Part shown: piece by piece, positions 50,985 through 62,153 of the stretch | How positions within the stretch are numbered: the first letter of the stretch is position 1 | Layout of the letters: each line of letters begins with the position of its first letter | Source: Squalus acanthias | Taxonomy: Eukaryota | Assembly: GCA_030390025.1 (NCBI GenBank) | Contig: CM059432.1 | Span: forward strand, 104,162,001 to 104,226,000 | Length of the DNA stretch: 64,000 nt | Direction: 5' to 3' | Translations under genes and position numbers: made by a program | Notes under the pieces: generated by a model | Seen by the model: the letters and a program-made list of their open reading frames with translations, nothing else | Told to the model about the DNA's origin: nothing | Database searches by the model: none

Positions 50985-53826
50985 AAATATAGTGCATGTG
51001 TGTAAATGCATGAAGCATGGTAAATAAGGTTGGTGAGCTGCATGCGCAAGTAGCCACATGGGAATACGATGTTGTGGCGATAACAGAGACCTGGCTCAAA
51101 AAAAGGGTGGGATTGGGTACTAAATATTCCTGGACATAGGTGTTCAGGAAAGATAGGGAAGGAAAGAAAGGAGGTGGGGTGGCAGTATTGATTAAAGAGA
51201 ATATTACAGTGCTGGAGGGAGAGGATATCCTGGAGGGGTCATGGACAGACTCTATTAAGTTAGAGTTAAGAAACAATAGAGGTGCCATTACACTACTAGG
51301 TGTATTCTATAGGCCACCAAATAGTGGGAAGGATCTAGAGGAGCAAATCTGCATGGAAATTAGAGAGGTGCAAGAACTATAGAGTAGTAATGATGGTGGA
51401 CTTCAACTATCCTAATATAGACTGGGATAGTAATAGTGTAAAGGGCAGAGAGGGGGAAGAATTTCTGAAATGTGTTCAGGAGAACTTTCTTGATTAGTAC
51501 ATTTCCGGCCCAACAAGGAAGGAGGCATTGCTGGATCTGGTTCTGGGGAATGAGGTGGATCAAGTGGAGCAAGTTTCAGTAGGGGAACATTTAGGGAACA
51601 ATGATCACAGTATCATAAGGTTTAGATTAGCTATGGAAAAGGACAAGGAGCAATCTAAAGTAAAAATATTTAATTGGAGGAAGGCCAATTTCAGTGGGTT
51701 GAGAACAGATCTGGCCCAGGTAAATTGGAATCAAAGATTGGCAGGCAAAACTGTAATCGAACAATGGGCTGCCTTTAAAGAGGAGATGGTTCGGGTACAA
51801 TTGAGGTGCATTCCCACGAGGGAGAAAGGTAGGGCAACCAAAGCCAGAGCTCCCTGAATGACGAACGAGATGAAGCAGAAAAAGGGGGCATATGATAGAT
51901 GTCAGGTTGAGAATACAAGCGAGAACCAGGCTAAATATAGAAAGTTCAGAGGGGAGTGAGAAAGGAAATAAGAGGGGCAAAGAGACAGTATGAGAATAGA
52001 CTGGCAGCTAAGATAAAAGGTAATCCAAAAGTATTCTTTAGGCATATAAATAATAAACAGGTAGTAAGAGGAGGGGTGGATTAGGGACCAAAAAGGAGAC
52101 CTACGCATGTAGGCAGAGGGCATGGCTGAGGTGCTAAATGAGTACTTTGCATCTGTCTTTACCAAGGAAGAAGATGCTGCCAAAGTCATAGTGAAAGAGG
52201 AGGTAGTTGAGATACTGGATGGGATAAAAATTGATAAAGAGGAGCTACTAGAAAGGCTGGCTGTACTTAAAGTAGATAAGTCACCAGGACCGGATGGGAT
52301 GCATCCTAGGATGCTGAGGGAGTTAAGGGTGGAGATTGGGGAAGTACTGGCCATAATCTTCCAATCCTCCTTAGATACAGGGGTGGTGTCAGAGGACTGG
52401 AGAAATCCAAATGTTACACCATTGTTCAAAAAAGGGTGTAAAGATAAACACAGCAACTACAGACCAGTCAGTTTAACCTCGGTAGTGGGGAAGCTTTTAG
52501 AAACAATAATCAGGGACAAAATTAGCAGTCACTTGGACAAGTGTGGATTAATTAAAGGAAAGCCAGCATGGATTTGTTAAAGGCAAATCGTGTTTAACTA
52601 ACCTGATTGAGTTTTTTGATGAGGTAACAGAGAGGGTTGATGTGGGCAATGCGGTTGATGTAGAATTCCAAAATGTGTTCAATAAAGTGCCACATAATAG
52701 GCTTACCAGCAAAGTTGAAGCCCATGGAATAAAACGGACAGTGGTAGAAATTGGCTAAGTGACAGGAAACAGAGAGCAGTGGTGAACGGTTGTTTTTTGG
52801 ACAGGAGGAATGTATACAGTGGTGTTCCCCAGGGGTCGGTTCTAGGACCACTGCTTTTCTTGATCTATATTAATGACTTGGGCGTGGGTGTACAGCGCAC
52901 AATTTCAAAATTAGCAGATGACACAAAACTTGGAAGTATAGTGAACAGTGAGGAGGATAGAGATAGACTTCAAGAGGACATAGACAGGCTGGTGGAATGG
53001 GCGGACACGTGGCAGATGAAATTTAACGCAGAAAAGTGCAAAGTGATACATTTTGGTAGGAAGAACGAGGAGAGGCAATATAAACTAAAGGGTACAATTC
53101 TAAAGAGGTGCAGGAACAGAGACTGGGGGTTTATGTGCACAAATCGTTGAAGGTGGCAGGGCAGGCTGAGAAAGCGGTTAAAAAGCATATGGGATCCTGG
53201 GCTTCATAAATAGAGGCATACAGTACAAAAGCAAGGAAGTTATGATGAACCTTTATAAAACACTGGTTCGGCCTCAACTGAGTAGTGTGTCCAATTCTGG
53301 GCACCGCACTTTAGGAAGGATGTTAAGGCCTTAGAAAGGGTGCAGAAAAGATTTAAGAGAATGGTTCCAGAGATGAGAGACTTCAGTTATGTGGATAGAC
53401 TGGAGAAGCTGGGGTTGTTCTCCTTAGAGCAGAGAAGGTTGAGAGATTTGATAGACGTGTTCAAAATCATGAGGGGTCTAGACAGAGTAGATAGAGAGAA
53501 ACTATTCTCATTGGTGGAAGGGTCGAGAGCCAGAGGACACAGATTTAAAGTGATTGGCAGAAGAACCAAAGGCGACAGGAGGGAAAACTTTTTTATGCTG
53601 CAAGTGGTTAGGATCTGGAATGTACTGCCCGAAAGGGTGGTGGAGGTAGATTCAATCGTGGCTTTCAAAAGGGAATTGGATAAGTACCTGAAGGAAAAAT
53701 AATTTGCAGGGCTACAGGGAAAGGGCAGGGGGAATGGGACTAGCTGAAATGATCTTGCAGAGAGCCAGCATGGGCTCAACGGGCCAAATGGCCTCCTTTT
53801 GCGCTGTAACCATTCTCTGATTCTAC
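50985..53826 (+). mobile_element. CR1 LINE, nearly complete but frameshifted ORF2 (APE endonuclease plus RT) and 3' tail
   Basis: VAITETWL, GVFYRPP, LDLVL, KSPGPDGMHPRML, NYRPVSLTS, GVPQGSVLGP, LADDTK; CATTCTCTGATTCTA end. Confidence 0.93.
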
Positions 53827-54699
53827 TGAGAACCACTTTCACCTAGAGGAACTTGATTCTTCCCAAACATGAAAAAGTAACACTTCACAGCTCACAATAG
53901 CACGATCAAAGTAGACACTACAACATGTCTAGTAACACTACCCATTTACCCAATGACATGTCGAATTTTTCACACTTGATAAGTGACAAACAATACAAGG
54001 CATAAACAAGTAAGATGAGTTGTATTTAAAAAGTGCCTTACCAAGTACCATGTAAATAAACCTCATAAGAGTTTAAATACAAATTCAAAGTCACACAGGT
54101 CCCTTTATCAGTAGTGTGACAGCAAGAACTTTTATAAATATGCATTGCATGAAATAGAGGTTATAGCTACCAAGAAAGTGTTTGATCATCTTTGCTCATC
54201 TCTCACATCCTCTTCCTTACTCAAGCAACTCACACATTCCAGAAAGTGTTCTTTAATCAAGGCAGTGTGCTACTTACTTTAACTTGATTTTAATGCTGAT
54301 CACTGTGGATACATCAATTTTATGTTTTCAAATCGAAGTTAAAAAAATCTTATTTAATGACAAACATGCTGCTCAGTGTGCGACTGAGCAAAGCAAACAT
54401 CACTAGTATATGCAGAGGTAAATGATCTCCGTCAAGGCAGTAGTTGGGGAATTACCAATTGGCCTCTGCGTTTCTGATGGGGGGGAATCAGTCGAAGTTG
54501 CTGCTCGCTCTTTCGTGGCCCTGCCGGAAAGGTGCACGTGCCTAGACATCAGGCTCCAGCAAAGATGCTCTTGCCGGTCAACAGCCTGCCGACACAACAG
54601 TGTCTTGGCTCACTTTAACAATCATCACTTCGGTGATGCCCGGGCTGCCGACCTGCACCCGAACAATCGACTCCTTCAAAAGACGAGGAATGAAATTGA

Positions 54700-55474
54700 T
54701 AAAACTGTTTAAATTTTCTCTCCCCCCCGGCCCGGGATTGGGCACCGGCCTTGCACGCGGACCTCTCGCCGCCTCGGAGGCTCCGCCGGCATCCGCTGAG
54801 CTTCCAGTTCCATTTCAATACCAAGCTTTCCCGCCCGGGACTGGTTCTCTTTACTTACCAGTCCATCGATCTGAACCTGTTTGACGGGAGAGTCGAGCGC
54901 AGCAGCGGCCGCCGCCGCCGCAACACCTCCTTCTCGCCGACTCGCCATCTTGGAGCAGAAGGAAGCGGAAGTGCGAGCGCGGCGGAAACGTGTCCGCCGG
55001 AAACACCGGGCGAGGGCGAGAGAAGCATCGTCCGGACAGCGTGAGCGGATCTTCAGCAGAATCGTTAACTTCTAGGAAATTGGAATAACAAGAACAACTG
55101 GAACATACCTGTTTATTTTTAGGATCACCCTTTCAAAATAAAAAGGTCGGTACGGGCGCGAGTGGCTCATTCCGATGCTGCCTATTTTGACAATTCTCAA
55201 CCTCATTTTTTAAAAGAAAAAGCCAACCAGGTATGTTTTGCAATGAGTTTGACTGGTTTTATTCATTCCCAATATCTAACAACATCGAAGACGATCTATT
55301 TCACGGTTAAGCATTTAACTTGTCACTATTTTAATGAGCCAAGCTGATGGTGCGGCGCTTTGTGTCGGGGGAAGCGGCAGCTCTTCAACTCAATTTATTA
55401 ATCGAAGAACAGCCGGGTTATTTTTTTCATTAACGCGTGTACGCTCTGAACGTTTCTTTTTGCTTGATCCAGAA
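54700..55474. promoter_or_regulatory. CpG-rich bidirectional promoter region shared by EIF3H and UTP23
   Basis: Start codons are 526 bp apart and divergent; high CpG density; tandem GGAAGCGGAAGTG (ETS/GABP-like) at 54961-54973; CGCCATCTT (YY1-like) at 54943-54951 overlapping the EIF3H ATG. Confidence 0.75.
54859..54948 (-). CDS. EIF3H: Eukaryotic translation initiation factor 3 subunit H, coding exon 1 (30 codons)
   Basis: Translates MASRREGGVAAAAAAAALDSPVKQVQIDGL, matching the eIF3h N-terminus (MASRKE...VKQVQIDGL); good Kozak AAGATGG; followed by GTAAGT donor, phase 0. Confidence 0.95.
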
Positions 55475-55662
55475 ATGAAAATTAAACGCCAGAAAACCGC
55501 AAAAAAACTTATTGCATTTTACAAACATAACTACGGCTTCCGTGAACCTTTCCAAATCCTTCTTGATGGGACGTTTTGTCAGGCCGCACTGAAGAATAAA
55601 ATCCAGATCAAAGAGCAGATGCCCAAGTATCTGATGGGAGAAGTACAGCTGTGTACAACGTC
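55475..55662 (+). CDS. UTP23: rRNA-processing protein UTP23 (PIN/Fcf1 family), coding exon 1 (188 nt)
   Basis: MKIKRQKTAKKLIAFYKHNYGFREPFQILLDGTFCQAALKNKIQIKEQMPKYLMGEVQLCTT; GTAAGT donor at 55663; head-to-head with EIF3H as in other vertebrates. Confidence 0.95.
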
Positions 55663-55853
55663 GTAAGTGTTTGCATCAAACTGGCACCAGCGTCTAATTT
55701 TCGACTGATAGTAATATGGCAAATATTAATTTTGGTTTAGGATACCCTTCCTTCTAGATTAAACGCTTCCAAAATTATCAACATTGTAGATTACTGGAGC
55801 TGCATGCAGTACATGAAGAGTAAAAAACAAATCTTGTATTTTTTATTTTCTAG

Positions 55854-56028
55854 TTGCGTCCTGAAAGAGCTGGAATCGCTTGGGAAAGAATTGTACGGTG
55901 CAAAATTGATTGCTCAACGATTTCAAGTTAGAAATTGTCCACATTTCAAAAACCCTGTCGGTGCCTCAGTGTGCCTTTTGTCGATGGTTGAAAACAGTAA
56001 TCTTCATCATTACTTTGTGGCCACACAG
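55854..56028 (+). CDS. UTP23: UTP23 coding exon 2 (175 nt)
   Basis: Polypyrimidine tract plus TAG acceptor; CVLKELESLGKELYGAKLIAQRFQVRNCPHFKNPVGASVCLLSMVENSNLHHYFVATQ; GTAACT donor; phase compatible with exon 1. Confidence 0.95.
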
Positions 56029-56091
56029 GTAACTTTAAAATAAACCACATTGAGTAGGGGAAAGGTATGCATTTTGTACAATTAATTAATC

Positions 56092-58260
56092 ATTGGTCCA
56101 GAAATTGCTGGAAAAAATAATGGCACGTTCACAGCACTTAGCATTATTAGTTCCAAAAAATCCATCAATTTGTTACTGTAATATATGTGGGTAGAACAAA
56201 TGAAGGACAGAGACAAGATGAGCTGCTAGTCCATGTGCTTGCTTTATTGGGCCAGAGCGAACTGAGCATGCTCATACTAAGCCATGTGACAAACCATGTG
56301 ATAATACATTATAGTTACAAAAAAGAGATACGCCATGAGTTTCAATTCTCAACAAATTGCTGGATGATTTGCCATTAGCTTCGCCAAAACTACAAAAATT
56401 GCAACCTCACCGTGAGCGTCTCCATTGAAATTAATTGCATATCATGAAATTCTTCTATTTGCACTGTAAATGCGAATGAATCTTGCCGCTGCCATTTAGG
56501 GCTAGTAAGTCATGTTGTAAGGACCCTGTTAATGATGTGATTTATGGTCCTAACATGAAACTTAACTATGGTGACCCAGAAAGGGAACAATTGAAGCTGT
56601 GGAGTCTTCCTCTAGCCGATAGTGAATTGTTCCCTAGAGATTTTTAAAACTATTTTTAACTGTCTTGGCAGTAATTTTTATGCCAGTCTTGCCATTCAGA
56701 AGGCAATCATTTTCAGGATGCAAAGCTGTTTGACACTCAAAAATGCAAATTAGATAAAGTTATTTCAGAAAATAGAATTTACAGCACAGAAACAGGCCAT
56801 TCGCCCAACTGGTCTATGACAGTGTTTATGCTCCACATGAGCCTCCTCACACCGTACTTCATCTCACCCTATCAACATATCCTTCTATTCCTTTCTCCGT
56901 CATGTACTTATCTAGCTTCCCCTTAAGTTTATCTATGCTACTTGCCTCAAGTACTCCATGTGGTAGCAAGTTCCACTCTCTAGGGAAAAGAAGGTTTCTC
57001 CTGAATTACTTATTAGCTTTATTACCGACTCTTATATTTATGACCCCTAGTTTTGGATGATCAATTGCTGTTTGTGGACAAGAGTTCCAAACTTCTACCA
57101 CCCTTTGCATGTAGAAGTGTTTCCTAACTTCACTCCTGAAAGGTCTGGCTCTAATTTTTAGACTATGCCTGCTAGTCCTAGACTCCCCAACCAGCAGAAA
57201 TAGTTTCTCTCTATCTTCCCTATCAGTTCCCCTTAATATATTGAAAACTTCGATCAGATCACCCCTTAACCTTCTAAATTCCAGGGAATACAAGCCTACT
57301 TTGTGTAATCTCTCCTCATAATTTAACCCTTGGAGTCCAGATATCATTCTGGTAAATCTACGCTGCACTCCCTCCAATGCCAATATATCCTTCCAAAGGT
57401 GAGATCCCGGAACTGCTCATAGTACTCCAGGTGTGGTCTAACCAGGGCTTTGTACAGCTGTAGCATAACTTCTGTATTATAGTCCTCTAGATATAACGGC
57501 CAGTATTCCATTAGCCTTTTTGATTATTTTCTGTACCTGTTCATGACATTTTAATGATCTATGTACATATGGTCCAAAGTGGATGGCCTCACATTTGCTT
57601 ACATTGAAATCCATTTTCCACAGTTTTGCCCATTTGCTTAATCTATTAATATCGCTTTGTAATTTTATGCTTCCATCTACGATGCTTACAATGCCGCCTA
57701 TCTTTGTGTCATCGGCAAACTTGGATATGTGGCTTTCTATCCTATTATCTAAGTCGTTAATAAATACACTTAATAGTTGAGGCCACAACTGAGATCCTTG
57801 CGGAACACCAGCAGTTACATCCTGCCAATTAGAGTACCTGCCCATTATCCCTACTCTCTGTCTCCTGCCGCTCAGCCAATTTCCTAGCATTTACAATGAA
57901 CTCATCTTCTGCTTTTTCATTTACATTTTTTTCTTACTTTTCCTTTCTGTCTCTTTTTCCTCTCTCTTACCCTCTATTTCTCTTTCTGTATCTAATTTGA
58001 CTCTTAATTCGCCCTATTTCCTTCTCTGCCATTCACTCTGTTTCTTTCTCTATCCTTACATTTAATTGGTTAAGCAGATAGACCATTGAGCATGACGCTC
58101 AGGAGGTCCCAGATGTCCCGTTGATGTCGCTATGCCATTTATTAATTCGCATTTCCAGCAATTTGCGGCACAAATACAGTGCAATCTGAAGAGTGAGACA
58201 AAAAGCCCTGTTCACGTCATTCGCCACGAGATGTGCTATTCCAGGACTTTCTGGGCAATT
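56092..58260. mobile_element. Possible MITE-like DNA element in UTP23 intron 2, interrupted by a CR1
   Basis: Imperfect inverted termini ATTGGTCCAGAAATTGCTGGAA (about 56092) and TTCCAGGACTTTCTGGGCAAT (about 58239-58259). Confidence 0.4.
56770..57890 (-). mobile_element. CR1 RT fragment and 3' tail in UTP23 intron 2
   Basis: GVPQGSQLWP, KFADDTKIGG, LEGVQRRFTRMI, RRLRGDLIEVF; tail near 56772. Confidence 0.88.
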
Positions 58261-60136
58261 ATATTTCCAGTCTTCAGTTTTTAAGTAAATTCTCAGTCAC
58301 TTTGGGAGATATCAGCAACTGACAGATGACGTTATTGTGGACAAGTAGAGGATTGTGCAAATTAGTTATAATTTTTTTTTAAATACAAAACTAATTACCC
58401 AAATGGGATAATCAAATAGGTGTTGGTCTTTGTTTCATGAATGACCAAATGTTACATACACACATACAGTTCCATGGAGTTGATTTTATTTTGAACGTGG
58501 TAGATGAAGGAACTTAACGTTACTTAGAGGATCAACAGGTGAGGCACCAACCCTGTCCTCACAAGATCAAGTAATTGTACACGGACTCTGAATGAAGCAG
58601 GCTTGATTGGCCAAGTGGACCTTTTTTGCTGCAGGCTTTATGTTCTTATGTAATCACCAAAAGGGTGATATTGTATGGAATTAGGGATTGCAATCTTTAA
58701 GAACTGCCCTAAAATAGAATTGCTATATTAAATTCCTGAATGAATTAACCCAGGTAAAATATAAAATGCAGCACAAACTATCTGTAGTCCCAATGTGCAA
58801 AGGTACAATGCAGATTTTGGTGTGTTTTTGAGATAGATAGCAAATAGGGCGTAAGTAATCAGAATAGTTATCCCAGATGTTCTTGAGCATCTCCTAGTAG
58901 TGTTGGCAGGGATCTGGGATCAGTTCACCTGCGCACATGCTTGCTTAAGTGTGTCATCGAATTACATACAAATTACAACATGGAAACAGGCTCTTTGGCC
59001 TAACCAATCCATTTTGGTGTTTATCCTCCACTGATATATTTTGCTGCCATTATTATAAATGTTAGTTAAGTTTATATTCTGTCATAAGACAAGAGCTTGC
59101 ACAGCTGGAACAAATAATACGATACAGACCCCACCACTTATAACAGGCGTGTTCGTGCAAACGCTATACGCGATGGCCAGTATGATATGGTAGTGTTAAT
59201 AAAATTAAAAATCACACTATTCAAAAGTAACATCCGCTAAAATCCCTAAACAGAAAGATTGAGTTGCTGCTGTTTCCTCGTACTGATATATCTCCAAGCC
59301 ATGTCGTATTTATGCCAGTACAGATTACATGGTCATAATTCCACTCAGTGGAACCACTTTTTAAAAATGAAATTGTCCTGCCCTGGTCAATTTCAAAGTT
59401 CCTGAACCACTGCTGCTGCGTTTGTGAATGTCTTTCAAAATTTAACACTTAATAAGAGAATAATTCAAAAACATTAAAACAGCACTGCAGGGCGAATGGC
59501 AGTGGATGGGGGCAGACAGAAGATGACTGATCAGCTGCTTGAACTGCCCGAAATGGTCAGTGTGCTTTATACGGTTTAATCGGTGCCTTTGTCATTGACG
59601 GCTATGGTAATGAAAAATGGTTAACGCCATTTGCCTGATACAGGCAGCTGTCCAGAATAAACGGGGATGGTGTAAGTGATGGGGACTAATGGGTGCAAAG
59701 TCAGGTCCTATTTGGGACCATGCAGTACAACCAGTGTCAGTTCCCAAGTTATCTTGTTATTGATTTCATTTCATTCAATTCACATGAGCCCCTGGGTATT
59801 CTAATATATTATAAATGTTAATGGCTCAGGTGGTTACTTGTTTTGTTCCTGTGAAAATGCCCCATAAAGCAAATATTCTGAAATAAAATAATTTTTTTTC
59901 CACAAGAGATCACAACCAACAGAAATGAAACCAGACTCTATACATGTTAAATACAGCACACATTTAACTTCTACAGATCAATACAAGTTTAGAGATATGA
60001 TATGGGAGATTTGATGTAGGCTGTCCTATTTAATGATTAAGTAGACCAACTGGCTATCAATTAATTTCTACCCATGAATAGTTTCTTTGTTGTAGTGTTA
60101 ATATGTTCAACAAATTTTTCTAAATTGTTTTAACAG

Positions 60137-60508
60137 GATCAAGAGTTAACAGTGAAAATTAAGAAGTTGTCAGGAGTCCCTCTGATGTACATTATACAGA
60201 ACACTATGGTCCTGGAGAAACCTTCTCCCAAATCGATTGCACAACTACAGCTTTTACACGGTAATCAGTTTGTCCCTGTACATCAGCAGCAGACTATCCA
60301 GCACTTGAAAGAAGAACAGGGCCTGGTGAAGGAATCCGAACCTCGGCGCAAAAAACGCAAAAGAAAAGGGGGCCCTAATCCTCTCAGTTGTCTGAAAAAG
60401 AAGGTCCAACCACCACCACAACAACCAAATAAAGAGAAAAAACAAAGGAGATCAAGAAAGAGAAGGAGAATATCTGCATCGTGTGTCAAAGTAGAAGCCA
60501 CTAAGTAG
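60137..60508 (+). CDS. UTP23: UTP23 terminal coding exon 3 (372 nt including stop); total CDS 735 nt, 244 aa
   Basis: AACAG acceptor; DQELTVKIKKLSGVPLMYI...KRKGGPNPLSCLKKK conserved Utp23 C-terminal motif; TAG at 60506-60508. Confidence 0.95.
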   Translation, partial: DQELTVKIKKLSGVPLMYIIQNTMVLEKPSPKSIAQLQLLHGNQFVPVHQQQTIQHLKEEQGLVKESEPRRKKRKRKGGPNPLSCLKKKVQPPPQQPNKEKKQRRSRKRRRISASCVKVEATK

Positions 60509-60738
60509 AAGTGTAATCCAAAGAGTTTGTAAGAACATGGACCAAAGTGCGTAACTATTTTAAAATTTACAGTAAAACTATCTGAAAAAATATGTTGCAG
60601 AAGAATGTCATCATTTTTGAGTTTAAGTAGTCTTCATAATTTCATAACCATATAAAGCATTTTGTTCCGAAATGCTGATAGTCTATTTATAACAATGGTA
60701 CAACAGTTTTGTTGCATACAAAATGATTATTGATCCAA

Positions 60739-60744
60739 AATAAA
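60739..60744 (+). terminator. Candidate polyadenylation signal of UTP23
   Basis: AATAAA about 230 nt after the UTP23 stop in an AT-rich 3' UTR. Confidence 0.55.
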
Positions 60745-62099
60745 ATTATAATGCTTTGCACCAGTATGAAGTATCACTGAAGAGACTTCACATTTAAACT
60801 TTGAAGAAAAGTTTTCCCTGGTTTGCAAACAGGAGCAGCGTGAAATAACAGCAGCAGAGTAATTATTTGCACCGCATTTTTGGCTCTCTCTGCGCATGTG
60901 CACCCGTTTGGTACTGTGCGTGTGTACTTGATCTGGTCACACACGCGCAGTACCCAACAGTGCTGCAGCTGTGGCTTGCATCGCCAAGCTTCTCTTGGCT
61001 CTGCAGAGAAGATCAGGGGATCCGTTGGTGGTCAGAGGGAGGGGATCGAAGGGGGAGGAAAGGGGCGGGGAGGGGATCAGGGGGAGGAGAAGGGATGGCA
61101 AGGGGTGGGGAGAGGAAAGCGGATCTAAGGCGGGGAAAGAGAGGGGATCGGAGGGAGAGGAGAGCGATCGAAGGGAGGAGCTCGGGGGGAAAGAAGGTCA
61201 GGAACTCTGGTAGCGGGTGGTGGAGAGCACAGTGGGAATGGGGGAAGAACATGATCCAGGTCTAAAGGGGAGGGGCAATGAGAGCAGGAACCCCACCCCC
61301 GTTAGACGTGGATAATGTTCTAACCCCACCCCCTTTACACCTGTACCACATTCTCCCTCTCCTACCCCTCGATCTGGTTGATTTCTCGGAAAGCCCGGCG
61401 CATGTGTGGCAAGTGACATCATTGGACTGGACAAAATCCGGAAGTCATAACACTGTCACTATTCACTTCATATCCAATAAACCTGTTAACAATCCGTGAC
61501 CCACACACAATGCCCCATCTATTGGGGAGGGGGGAAGAAGGTCCTAACCTGCGAGGGTGAGCCCTGTCCTCTGAAAGCAGTACTGTGAGCTCTGGAACCT
61601 GGCAGTCAGAATTAATGGATCAAATTACACATTGCAAAGTACTTGATTACTCAGGCAGGCAGGATCTAATTACACATGCCAGACAACCTGCTGGGTGTGT
61701 CTTATCCTCCAAGGAAACTCCTCAGAAATCTGGCCTTGTCATCCAAGGGGACCAATTAGAACTTCGGTGTTGCAAATACACACTGCTGCAAGACATAGGT
61801 GGAACGGTCAACTTACTGTTATGGAGTGGTTGAGTACGTTAGGGCTTCTTCAAGAATATTTGAAATGTATCCTATACTTGTACAACTAGGAATGATCTAC
61901 ATCTCTTTTTGGAGCTACTTTCAAAGATAAACCAACACAACATCTTTGAGTGTATGATTACCTGGATAAGCACCTTTTAAAAAGTGTAGGTGGTGTGGGT
62001 TATTACCAAAAAGAATGGGATTTTTGTTTATTTACTGTTTCGTTACATACTTTTCCGATTACATTGGGTAAATACTGATTAAAAATTATTCATCCCCAG

Positions 62100-62153
62100 T
62101 AGCTCAAAGGGCCGTATGGCCTACTCCTGCTCCTAATTCTTATGTTCTTATGT
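62100..62153 (+). mobile_element. CR1/HE1 3' tail fragment
   Basis: GGGCCGTATGGCCTACTCCTGCTCCTAATTCTTATGTTCTTATG. Confidence 0.7.
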
